Source of the DNA: the human T2T-CHM13v2.0 reference genome, Homo sapiens
Strand: one strand, 5' to 3'
DNA: 64,000 nt
NCBI RefSeq assembly: GCF_009914755.1
Contig: NC_060926.1
Shown: in pieces, positions 1 through 15,127 of the stretch
Position numbering within the stretch: the first letter of the stretch is position 1
Layout of the letters: every line of letters starts with the position of its first letter
Notes under the pieces: generated by a model
The model's database searches: none
The model's input: only the letters and a program-made list of their open reading frames with translations
Told to the model about the DNA's origin: nothing
Program-made: the position numbers and the translations under genes

Positions 1-27
1 GTTCTCTGGTTATTCTTTAGGAACAAG

Positions 28-492
28 TGAGTAGTCAGGGAAGCCTTCCTGAAGGAGGCAACACCAAGGAGTGGGCATTAAGGACAAGTGTCCTCTTACA
101 TCCTCCCCATGTGAAGGAAATGCAGGCACTGAGTTATCAGATTTGCTTCAGTGCTCCAAGGGGAAGATGATTGGAATGAGCTCAAGAGTCAATGGCAGGG
201 AACGGTCTGGACCCACCAGTGCCATCGGCCAAGCCAGAAGCCAGTGCTGATTATGGGCCAATGTCATCTGCTGTGGAGTGCGCTGAGATTATTTTACTTC
301 AGACTGCCCTGATTTTGTGACCATAAAAATCAATTTAATGAATTGCAACCCTCTTTTTTTTTTAAGGTAATTATACTATCTGGTAACTCAGTGCCTGTAT
401 TTTCTTCACATGGAGAGGATGTAAGAGGAAGCTTGTCCTTAATGCCCACCCCTTGGTGTTGCCTCCTTCAGGAAGGCTTCCCTGACTACTCA
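28..492. repeat. 115-bp inverted repeat (arms 28-142 and 378-492, spacer 235 bp)
   Basis: Reverse complement of 378-492 aligns ungapped to 28-142 with 7 mismatches by manual count. Confidence 0.95.
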
Positions 493-511
493 TTCTAAAC
501 AGTGCCCCCTC

Positions 512-548
512 ACACACAGTACACACACACACACACACATACACACAT
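512..548. repeat. Interrupted (CA)n microsatellite
   Basis: cacacacagtacacacacacacacacacatacacacat. Confidence 0.9.
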
Positions 549-597
549 ATACCACTTATAATTAACTGAAATCTTATTTTCTCTCCTGCCACCCATC

Positions 598-705
598 CCA
601 CTAGAATATCAGCTCCATGAGGTCAGGGCCTGGGTGCCTTGTTCATTATTATATCATCAGTGCCCCAAACAGTGTCTGCCTACTAATAGGTGCTCAATTA
701 ACACT
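598..705 (+). mobile_element. L2 LINE 3'-end fragment
   Basis: ctagaatatcagctccatgaggtcaggg...taggtgctcaatta resembles the L2 3' terminus. Confidence 0.7.
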
Positions 706-999
706 TATGACATTGAATTAAAATTGCCTCGGCTGGGAGGTTCCAGCTGTTGCTCATCCCAAAGGCTGGTATTCTGCCTCCTGTTCTGCTCTGAGAATCT
801 GGCACCACTTTACCTCTCCTGCAAGGACTTCAGCACAGGCCATGATCCTTGTTCACATCTCTAGGCCTGACCTTCTTTGTTCAGTGTTGCCATCTCGTTT
901 CCTTGTCTGCCAGCAGCTGCCATGCTACCTGCCAATGTCAGTTCAGCTTCACTTAAGTTCATTTGCACCAATTCCCCTTTAACATTTTTTCCAATCACT

Positions 1000-2800
<1,801 letters not shown>

Positions 2801-3103
2801 TTTCTTATGAAAAAAATTTAAAAATATATTCCATCACAGAAAACAATAGTGAATCCTGTTTGTGTGTGTGTATGTGTGTGTGTGTATATATACATACATA
2901 AATATATATCTATGAAGTACACACAATCACATGTAGAGATATGTACTAAATCATGTAAAATATATTGCATACTGTGAGGCTATGGTTTAAAAAATTGGAA
3001 GCCATTGAGTTGGCATTTCTGCTTTCTTCATAGTGACTAAGCAGAAACCTAAAAACCTTGAATAAGCTCAATTTGTAAGCAAAGAGAAGAAACTGAGATT
3101 AGG

Positions 3104-3434
<331 letters not shown>

Positions 3435-5867
3435 TCATGGAGAAGGTGAAGAGATCATCAGTGCTGAGAAGCAGGTGCGACAAAACTCACTCCCCTTTTT
3501 TCACCCTTGCTTCTGTATATACAATATGATTCCATAACAAAATTGTTGGGACTTAGTCCCTGCTTTTCAATGAATATACCATCGAATAGTGGAGATATGA
3601 TGTAAACACAAATATGACTATGGGAAGTATTGAAAAATGAGGGTAGATGTCTTTTTCCTCGTTAAAAAAAAAAAATCTATGTAATGCATCTCTCTCCCAA
3701 GAGGATATATTTCATTTAAAAATAAAGAGGTCATGCCATGTGTTGGTGGGGAAGTGGGTACAGCTTCCCCTCATGCACAGCTGATGGGAGTGTGGACAGA
3801 TTTGGCATTCTGGAGAACATGCAATATTTAAATTACATAACGCACTCACTTGCTGACCCAACACTTCTAATCATGCGTATGGCATGCATTACAAAGTTTA
3901 CATAGGAGGGCAAGTAAACACATACCAAGCTGTTCCTCGCTGCATCATTTAGGGGCTCACAAAGTTGGAAGTTATCCAGGTATCTATTCCCAAGAGAGTG
4001 GATAGAAAAAATGTGGTGGATAAGTACCATGGAATACTAGGCAGCAGCTATAAGCTATGGAATTACACAGGGATGGAGCTGAGAAAAGATTAAGCAACAG
4101 GATGAGATATGTACAGCACTTACATAAAGTAAAACATATATATTCAAAACAATAATACAAATTTTGCTGGAACACGCAAACAAAAAGTGCATATTAAGCA
4201 TATTGTAATACTTATCCATTGAGAGAGAGAGAAACAAATGTAAGGAAATAGGAATAAATTTTAAAAAAAAAAAGAAAAAGAAAGAGGCTGGCTGATTTTT
4301 CGGGCTTGCTCAATGACTCTTAGCTCTGACCCAAAGGGATCTCAGTGCTGTTAGGCTTCTACTGTATAACATTGTCTCACCTAAAGGGGCCTCAAATGAT
4401 TCAAAACTAGTTCTGGTAGGTCCAGTCATTCTGTTTGCAAAGGCAAGCTTCCCATCAAAAAGCTTGTTTCGTGCCTTGGTTCTTCTCTCTCCCTCTGGCC
4501 AGTGCTCACGGGCTCTGAGAGACGGAAGGGTTCTGATGAGCCACATACACCAACACTTAGGTGATGCATGGCTATCAGATGGACAGGCCATGTCCCAGGA
4601 AACTGGACCAGCCTAAGGATGGCCCTGGCTCCAACAAGGAACCTTGGTCCAGACAGGTTCTAGGACAGAAGTTTTAGGATTATAAGACAAAGCATGACTG
4701 CTTGTTTGTTTGGCTTTTGGTTTTGCCTAAAGAACAGTTTAAAGGGGCTTTTCTCAGAAGAGAGCAGTGTGGTGAGGATTCCCGCACAATGTCAGTTACT
4801 GCCTGTCTGTAGTGTGGAATGTGCCTTAGACAAAGGAAGTAAATTGCTTGCGAAACTCCCAGGATCTTATGGCCTAAAAAAATAGACGGACTACCCTATA
4901 AATCCAAACACAGGCACACTGGGAAGGGACAAACTAGGGTACAAAGATAATGGGCTTTGAATTAGTTCATCTCCAGGGAAAATCTGGATGAGAATACTTC
5001 TAAATATATAATTTTGGCCCATTACTTTATCGCATCCCTCTGAAGACTGTTAGGCAATAATGCATTAGAGTTTAGCATAGTGATGCAAAAATTGTAAGTG
5101 CTCAACATATTTTAGTTCCATTTCTTCCCTCCATATCTGACACATGTTGAAAAGTGTGCATGAAGAGCACAGCATTTGTCCTCAAAGCCTGTATGTCGCT
5201 TAGCAGAGGTGCTACAAGCATGAGCTGTTACCCATAGCGTGTCCATACCTATGTAAACTAGATTATTTTCCTCCATAATTCCAAGTTAAAAAAATTGCTT
5301 TTAAATGTATTTGAATATATTTAATTTTTTTCTTCTTTCCTTTTCACTTTCTGAGATTTATAACTAATAGACTGAAACTGGAGAGCAGAGAGCATGTGAG
5401 AGTCACTGAGCCAAAAAACGGAGAGTTAACAGCCAGTGAACTTCTGTTGCACTGGTGCAGAAAAACAGACTGGCGTTGAGGTTGAAGAAACAACCTCTGT
5501 GAGTTTCTAACAACCACGCCTGTCTTACTTATGTCCAAAGCTGCATTCATTTCCCACCCTGTACTCCGGTCTTATACTCTGTTGGATTGATTGGGTAGAA
5601 TCCAACTCTGCTAGACAGTTGTGCAAAAACTGGCCCCAATTATAATTATTTAAAGGAATATTTTTCCCATGAAAATATTTCCTTCACTTATTCTTAACTG
5701 TCCTGACATTTCCAAGATCCTACTGTCATACATCTGGAAAACTAGTGAGTATTCTCTTAAACCACTCCATAGCCATACCTTCTGGCTGCTAAAGTGAGGT
5801 TCCCACGCCAAAGTTTCAATGCCATTTTGTGCAATTTTTACTTCTTTTCCTGTTTTCACATTAATAG

Positions 5868-6028
5868 GAGCTGTAGTCTGGAAGATAAAGAGCCTTTGGT
5901 ACCGCAAGCCCTGTCATCTGTGAGTGTGGCACAGTGAAGGCCTGGAGAGTCATGACCTAGGCCCTGTGAAGTCAAGTATTTTTACCAAGTAAAAAGATTG
6001 GCAATAAAACATTTCCACATAGTACATG
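5868..6028 (+). other. RMDN2: Probable plus-strand 3'-terminal exon, likely the distal last exon of neighbouring RMDN2 (FAM82A1)
   Basis: Polypyrimidine tract with AG acceptor at 5866-5867, then GAG CTG TAG, and AATAAA at 6003-6008. Gene assignment is from knowledge of the locus; the 3' end is estimated. Confidence 0.5.
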
Positions 6029-6507
6029 ACAGAATACTTGTACCCATCTTATTTTATTGGACATTAATTGCACTAATTGAGGCACATGTACCTTTAAAAA
6101 AATGAAAGAAGAAAATACTCAGAGAAAGGACTGGTATGAGGCTGAGGAAGAAAAATGTGTACTGCATTCTTTAGATGAAGCAGAAATCGATCAGCAACTT
6201 AAAGTCGCAATCTATTCAATCTTTCAACATTGCAAATTAATTCTCATTTGGCTTGATTGTTTGATTGAAATGTAACCTCCGTGTTGGTTCTTAGAAATTC
6301 AAAAATATAGAGATTAGAAATTTGGTTGATGAAAACCTACGGGAAAAAAAAGCATGTGGCCTCGGCCTGAAATGTAGAATGGACAAATAAAATGTTTACA
6401 GTGCAATATTTTAATTGAATAATCCATAGTAATAGTTGAAATAAAGTGATACATTAGACTATATTTGCTACAACATAAAACTTCATAACAAGATTATGAA
6501 AGTGATT

Positions 6508-6513
6508 TTTATT
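6508..6513 (-). terminator. CYP1B1: Main CYP1B1 polyadenylation signal AATAAA (alternatives: AATAAA 7007-7012, ATTAAA 6410-6415, AATAAA 6053-6058)
   Basis: tttatt on the plus strand ~20 nt from the end expected for a ~3.7-kb exon 3. Confidence 0.75.
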
Positions 6514-6857
6514 ATTTTGGTAATGGTGTCCCAGTATAAGTAATGAGATACAATTTTTTTTTAATTTGGTATATCAAACAGTAAAGGCTACATATAAATG
6601 TTGTTTCCCCAGAATGTACTTTGTCTACAACTATGCACTGTAGCTATTATGCACACACTAAAAGCATTCATGATAAAGTACAAAAATAAGAAAAGATTAA
6701 ATAAGAAGGTATCCTTGAGTTATAAATGTCTACTAAAGTATACCTTTTAATCACACAGTTGTGTCACAGCTAAAAACACACAAATTAACATATACTGCTA
6801 TGCAACTATTTGATCTAATATAGATCTACTAGGAAAATATTAAGGCTGTAGTAACAC

Positions 6858-6881
6858 TTCACAGGTAAAGGCTAAGTTCTG
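6858..6881 (-). promoter_or_regulatory. miR-27b recognition element in the CYP1B1 3'UTR
   Basis: Plus strand ttcacag-gtaaa-ggctaagttctg mirrors miR-27b (UUCACAGUGGCUAAGUUCUGC), so the mRNA is extensively complementary; a known site ~2.73 kb after the stop. Confidence 0.9.
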
Positions 6882-9607
6882 GGACATGAAAGCTTTTAGA
6901 AAATTCACAAAACAAACCTGAGACATCTTTTTGTTTTGGAAAAAAGCAATTTGCTTATAGAGTCAAAGCTTTGACATACAAATGAAGCATTTAATAAACA
7001 TTATACTTTATTGCAATAACCTGGAGTAAAACTTCTGACTTTAATGGTTGTCAGCAAATACATTCTCTCTCCGGTAGAAACACAATGAGGGTTTCTGATT
7101 AAAGCAGTAATCTGATTACTCCAGCCTCCAAATTCAGTTATTTTCATTCGTTTTTTGTTTTCTTTTCCTTTCTTTAACTAGGTTATAAGCATATTAAATA
7201 AGCCAGGTAAACTCCAAGCACCTTACTTTCTTCCATATAAACACAGCTTTCCTTTTGCCGCAAGCATCTGATGACGACTGGGCCTACATACGTAAAAACA
7301 GATTATAGCACATCTGGACCTGGTTGACATAATGAGGCATCCAGATTGGTTCATGATTATTTTTGCAGCTACACATTTCTCAATCTAAAAAAATAGGCTA
7401 CAGCAGCCCAAATTCACTGTCTCAGCCTTGGTGGGGCATAATATTTTGGAATGGCAAGTGCCAAAAAATTTAAATGTACTGGGCAAGCCTGCTTTGTGTA
7501 GTTGACTCTAATGCCTTTAAAAATACTGGCATGATTTTTTATATTCAAGAAGTACAGCTATGAAATTTTAAAATAAAATTACATGAAGTTTTTTAATATT
7601 CCAAACCACAAAACAGATCTGCTATGTTGTAGACTTTTTTAATAGCCTATTTGAGATTTAACTCTGCTACGCCAAACATCTTTCTTCTAAATGTCCATGC
7701 TTTGAATTTTGTGCTCCAAATTAATTAATTCAGAATGAGTGGGAAAATGTTTAACCATCTTTCCTTCTTTTCAGTGTTTCTCTCTTTTCTCTTACCATCC
7801 CCCCACCCCACACACACATACACACAACTATCAAAAACTCCCTTTTTTAAAATTTTGGTACAAAGATTCCAAAAAGCTTAATAAAATGTAATAAGCACTT
7901 AGCACTTAGGACACTGTAGAACTTTCTTTGGAAGTTTAATTGCAATGAACTTTAAAACTTGAAACTTCAATTCACTTTTCTAAATGTGAATGCATACATT
8001 TCATTTGAGCTTTATGCTTTCCCAGCTACCAAAGTAATTGCCATCTTAAAAAACACAACTGACCTCATCTCCACTGTCTTTTCCAAACAGCTTCCAAGAC
8101 TATCTTCTGATTCTGACTTTCCAAAAAGCAGGCATTAATGTTAACTTTCAAAAAATCATCTAGAAGAGAAACTTGGTCAGTTGTAATGGGAGTTCTGTCC
8201 CCAACTCTTGTCACCTCGTAAAAAGAACATCCAGGTAATTCATGGCATTTTCCATTATTCATTGGGCAGACACAGCTTAGATTTCTCTGCCTTCCACAGG
8301 AGAATGTTCAGATTTCCACTAACTTCAACTGGAACTCAATAATCAGAATGGCTTTAAAATTTAGTTAAAATTTAAGCATGCCATGAATTTGGAATTTTAA
8401 TATATTAATTAGGTTATTTTCAAAACAAGATTCTGTATTATAAATAGAATTTCAATAAAGATGTTATAAAAATAAGAACACATCTTAGGATCTAATTTTG
8501 AGATTCGCCAAAATTTGAGTGAAGAAAAGAAACCCTGCTTCATTTCCATGTCAAAAATAGGTGGTTGATTTAATCAAGCTCATTTTTAGCACACTTGGTT
8601 GCGTTAGTTGTACTTTTCAATTTTCAATATTATACAAGGCATATATTATTCAACCTTTTCCTGAACAAGATAATACTAATATACTGCTTACGGACAGTTA
8701 AGTAATATATTTCACACTATTTGGTGACTTTTTTTTTTAACCTATGAGACTTACTGAAATCAGTACATTATGGTCACATAATTTAAAGCTTGGCTGGCTT
8801 TTTTTTTTTTCTTTGCTGATAATTCAAATTCTGTACTTTGGCAAGCAAAAGAGGTACAACATCACCTTGGAGTTTTACAATTTAATAATGCATACTTTAA
8901 AATTCATGATAACTCATGGAACCCCACTATACTCACTAATTCAACTATTGATTTCTTTTTGAGCAACTGACTTTATGATTTATCCTTAAAAGTAAGGAAG
9001 TATACCAGAAGGCAAAAGGATAAATCCACCCATAAATACTAGAGTCTAAGTTATTTTCCTGAAAAGGTGAAAAGGGAATTTCTGGTCTTTATCTTTTCCC
9101 TTATCACCTTCAATCACACACTTTACACTGAAATTACTTGTCTCTGTCTCTTCAACAATATACTCTGAAACTTTGTTTAATATACTTTTTGTCTATTTCT
9201 GCATATGGGAGACCAATCTTGGATTCCCACCAAAAATGGCCTGGTTACCAAAATACTGCTTCATTCAGTAGTTTGGTGTAAGTGTTTGGGTGTATGTGTC
9301 TATATGTGCATTTTAACTCCAAAGAATGCTACCTTCAGAAATAACCAAGATGCAGTATGTATATAATAATTCATTGGGCCCTTTAAGTCTTTGACTCAAA
9401 AAAATCTCCCAGAAGCTCCTGCATAGCCCACTACTCATGAAGAACCGCTGGGTATGGAGCACACCTCACCTGATGGACAGTTGATTTATGCTCACCTTAA
9501 ACGCTAATTGAGAAGCAGCACAAAAGAGGAACTGGAAAAAAACTGAATTTTACTCCTCATCTCCGAAGATGTGAATATTTCTAAAATTTCAGCTTGCCTC
9601 TTGCTTC

Positions 9608-10207
<600 letters not shown>

Positions 10208-10498
10208 TTAATGTGGAGAGAGAAAAGCAAGTGAGCAAAATTCTTATTTCATCTAGAAAGCACATTATAATTTATTTTAATTCCACTTTTTCTTAAATAG
10301 GCTATCTAGCTCAGTGACTAAATTAATATTTCTGGGAAAAAAATCTAAAACAGCTTCCTAATTTCTCACTAAATTACAAGATGGACTTTAAGAATTATAT
10401 TTCCTGTAATAGGCCTTGCATGACTAATGCTGTCTTTCCCATTATAAGTCAAAAAACTCTTAAGTTTTCCCAGCCTCAAAAAGCACAATAGTAGATAA

Positions 10499-10760
10499 GG
10501 CTGACTTTTCCATTGGGTACCGCAGGGACAGTGCCTAGGGCTCACAACACTTTTTAGGGGCCCATGAAAATATTTTTACGTCTTTTACAATCTTCAGACC
10601 TAAAAAAACTCACTTTTAGTTAGAAGAAAATATTTTCATACATCATTTTAATGCATTCATCTTTATATCAGGGTAGTCATGAAATTTAATTTTTAATTTT
10701 TTTATAGTATAAGGAATCTACAAAGGCAAAAGCACCCAGGGCCCACGAAAGTTACAATGT
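10499..10760. mobile_element. Possible hAT-type DNA transposon remnant in intron 2
   Basis: gtgcctagggc...ggggcccatgaaaat...cagggcccacgaaag resembles hAT-Tip100-type ends; family uncertain. Confidence 0.35.
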
Positions 10761-11127
10761 GAAAGTAAATTTTTTTTCTCCCTCATTTCCCTGGACAATT
10801 CCAACAGACATGCTGTTCTCATTTTATACAAAGATAATTGGTGTCCTGATGGATAAAGCTACATACTGTATTTTTTAAATTTGAAAGCAAATACCCAATG
10901 TTCATAAAATTATGGTACAAACTGTAGTACTTATTCACTGTTGATGATACAAACTGATACAATCTTTTTAAAAAACAAAATCTTAATACGAGGCAAGAGA
11001 CATGAAGGTAACCTCTTCCCGCCTCATTTTAAACCCAGTAATCCATGCCTAGAAATGTATTTTCAGAAAATAATTTAAGAGATACAAAAATATGTAACCA
11101 CAACAGGACCTAAAATTCTAAAAATTA

Positions 11128-11243
11128 GCCAGGCATGGTGGTACACGCCTGTAGCCCCAGCTACCTGCCAGACAGCGGCGGGAGAACTGCTTGAGCCCAG
11201 GAGTTTGGGACCAGCCTGGGTAAGGTAGTGAGACCCTGTCTCT
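11128..11243 (+). mobile_element. FLAM/Alu monomer in intron 2
   Basis: gccaggcatggtggtacacgcctgtagccccagct...gagaccctgtctct. Confidence 0.85.
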
Positions 11244-11542
11244 AAGGTAAGTAAATACATAAAATTAAAATAAAAATTTTAAAAATGCAATCAAGGCCAA
11301 TGACCAACATTAAAGTTCAATAAATGATTATATATAACTATACATTATCATAGCAAAATACTATATAGCCATCAAAAATTACCAAAATAAATATTAAAAG
11401 ATTAGAAATGTCCACTACCTTGAGTCAAAGTGTTAGAAGTCAAAAAACAAGTAACTGATTGTTTGCAACTCCGAAAAAAAATGTATACACGTATGTGATG
11501 AAGTGGAGTTATTTTTAGAATCGCTTCTTCAACATTATATTG

Positions 11543-11760
11543 CAGGAGTCTGCCAACTTTTTTCATAGAAACATGTATGGTGGGGAGAGCCAGAGAGTAT
11601 CTATTTTAGACTTTGTGGACCAAACCCTCTTTGTTGCACTACTCTGCTCTGCCTTGTGTTGTAGAGTGAACGCAGCCATCGACAATGTATAAATGAATGG
11701 GCATGACTGCGTCAATAAAACGTATATACAAAAACAGATCGTGTAATTTGCCAAGCCCTG
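11543..11760 (+). mobile_element. MER58A-like hAT-Charlie MITE
   Basis: Degenerate TIRs caggagtctgccaac / atttgccaagccctg; internal gcagccatcgacaatgtataaatgaatgggcatgactg. Confidence 0.75.
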
Positions 11761-13230
11761 TCATACGTCTTTTCACTAAAAAGGAAAAAAAAAGTATCAG
11801 CATATTGAATTGAAAGTGACCTCCAAATTGTTTTATTTCTTTTTGCCGCCTAATTGGAGTACTCGGAGAACTATTGTGGTTCTAATGAAAAACAAAGGCC
11901 GTTTCAAAAGTTAAAATGCCTATCTGCGGATGCACAAAAACCTATGGAACCTATTCCGGGATTTCCTTTTCCCTGATCTCTGGTTGACTTTTCTTTATTC
12001 GATTTCTGCCTCTCCCTCACCCACCATGGGTGATTCTATGATTTTAATACTAAAAAGCCATTTTAAGTATACAGAAACTTTTAATTTGTGAAGGTAGCTG
12101 TACAGTATCTAAGGAAATATAGATTGCAGTGGATTTTAATAAGGAAAGAGTCATTCTCTGCCTTCCAAACACCTTTCTGTGGCGCCTGCAGATTCAGCAT
12201 CTCCAACTGCTCACTTGTGCTCCAAGAAATGACACAAAACCAGGATTTCTGGTCTCTTCGGCAATCAAAATTTGCCTTGCGAAACATTTGCCCCTAGGGA
12301 TAGTGTTTCCACAGTAAATACTACAGGCCGCCCAGTTAAATATGGATTTCAGATCAACAAGGGCTAATCTTTTAGTGTGAGTATTCCCGTGTAAAACTTA
12401 CTTTTCTTTTGCCAAATCTGGCAACCCGACACCAGGGACCTGTTGAATCCGTGCTTAGTAGAGACCAACGTGGGCATCAGGGGGTCCGCTAACTGAGCCA
12501 AGCGCAGGGGCCAGAAACGTCTGCAGGCGCCTCCTGGATATCCCATCTGCCTTTCTGAATGCTACTCTGCTTTCGTAAAAGTGACTGCTTCTTGTCTTCT
12601 ACCCCGGCATTTCTCAAACTCCTAGCGCGGAGGTTTTATAAACCTAGCGCTGCCCGCTAGTTGTGGCCGCCTTCTGAAAGTTTCTGTGCGGGTTACCTGT
12701 CGGCTGGCCCGGCCTCCATGGGCTTCCTTGGCCTGGAACAAAGCCCTGACGGGCGGCCCGCTTTTAGCGCCAGGGCTGGGCGGCCTCGGATGCACGCCGA
12801 GGACTAGCCTAGGAGAGGCTGCTGTGTTTAACATATTTATGACATTACCTTTTCTTTCGGAACTATTCCAGTTCTGATTGTAATGCGCCAGGGAGAGAGA
12901 TATCAGGGCTCATCTCCAAGCATTTAAAAACTCTTGTTTTTCCGGGGGGTGGAGGGGTCTTTGCAAATGTGTTCTCACTCGCAAGCAGGGGAGGGGACGA
13001 TAGAGACAAGATAGGAGACCGGAGGGGTCGGGGCACCGCTGGGTGGGGCGCGTGCGCGTGTCGCAGCCCTCACTGTGAGTCCCTTTACCGACGCGATCTT
13101 GGTTTTGAGGGGTGGGGACCTGGAGCGAAACCCCAAACCCGGGGCCCTGCTTGCAAACTCAGCATATTCTGTCTCTACTCCGCCTTTTTCAGAGGAGAAA
13201 AGACCTGGCCCACGCCTCCCAGAGGCTTTA

Positions 13231-14304
<1,074 letters not shown>

Positions 14305-14665
14305 TCAGGGGTGCAGAGACAGGAGCGGGCGCCCCACGCCCCTACCCCAGCCTCTGGGGACTGAGTGCCGTTGGGTGGAGAGGTCGGAGCTGACTCTCTG
14401 GAGAAATGGCCGAAGACGCCCCTTCCCATCCCCAACCCACTCTCCCTTGGAGAAGAGAAGGGGCGTGTTTCCACCTCGCTGTAACCCAGCGCCAAACCCT
14501 TCCCCTCCCCGCAAGGCGCGTAACGGTTCCTGCAATCTGGGGACAACGCTGCGGGCATCGAGGCGGTGGCGCTTGATTTCCTTTAAAGTACCTACCACGC
14601 CACCCGCTACCTGTAATAATCCATCTGAAGAGGTCGCCGGGCAGCGCCTCGGCAGACAGACTGAC

Positions 14666-15036
14666 CTGCGGGGAGGTGCGGTTTCCAGTGGCGCGGGACA
14701 GCCGGCTCCGAGAAGGAACTGGGACCTTTGCCTAGGGCAAGACGTCAACAGGAACCCGCAGGCCCGGCCTGGACACCTGCTGCCCTCACTGGAAGCTTTA
14801 ACTCCCACTCGAGTCTCTTGGCGTCGTCAGTGCCAGGAGCGCTTGGATTGGGATGGGGACGGAGAAGGGTGCCTCGCTCGCCGAGCCCCGCTGCCCTTGG
14901 GGACCTGGCAAAGTCGAGGTTTCCTCACAGCGTTGAGATTGAGACTGGGGGTCGGTGAGTGGCGTCAATTCCCATGCCCTTGCGGCTCTCACAACTGGAG
15001 TCGCAGAAGCGCTCGCTCCCACTCCCACTCCAGAGT
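14666..15036 (-). other. CYP1B1: CYP1B1 non-coding exon 1 (371 nt)
   Basis: Donor CGCAG|gtcagt at 14665; starts in the initiator TTGACTCT. Confidence 0.9.
14925..14975 (-). other. 16-codon upstream ORF in the CYP1B1 5'UTR (MGIDATHRPPVSISTL*)
   Basis: Only ATG found in exon 1; strong context GGCATGG; TGA at 14925-14927. Confidence 0.85.
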
Positions 15037-15127
15037 CAAAGCGCGCCATCCCGCTCCTCCGGGTTTTAAGGACTGGGTAGAAGGAGGGCAGCGCGACCTG
15101 GCAGGGCGGGGCCTGCGGGGGGCGGGG
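15032..15127 (-). promoter_or_regulatory. CYP1B1: Core promoter: Inr TTGACTCT (15032-15039), TATA-like TTAAAA (15064-15069), ERE-like AGGTCGcgcTGCCCT (15085-15099), Sp1 GC boxes (15104-15109, 15120-15125)
   Basis: Motifs present at the spacing described for the human CYP1B1 promoter. Confidence 0.9.

Larger units (their letters stand above)
6490..9607 (-). other. CYP1B1: CYP1B1 3'UTR (~3.1 kb, AU-rich, no obvious interspersed repeats)
   Basis: Lies between the TAA stop (9608-9610) and the poly(A) signal. Confidence 0.9.
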
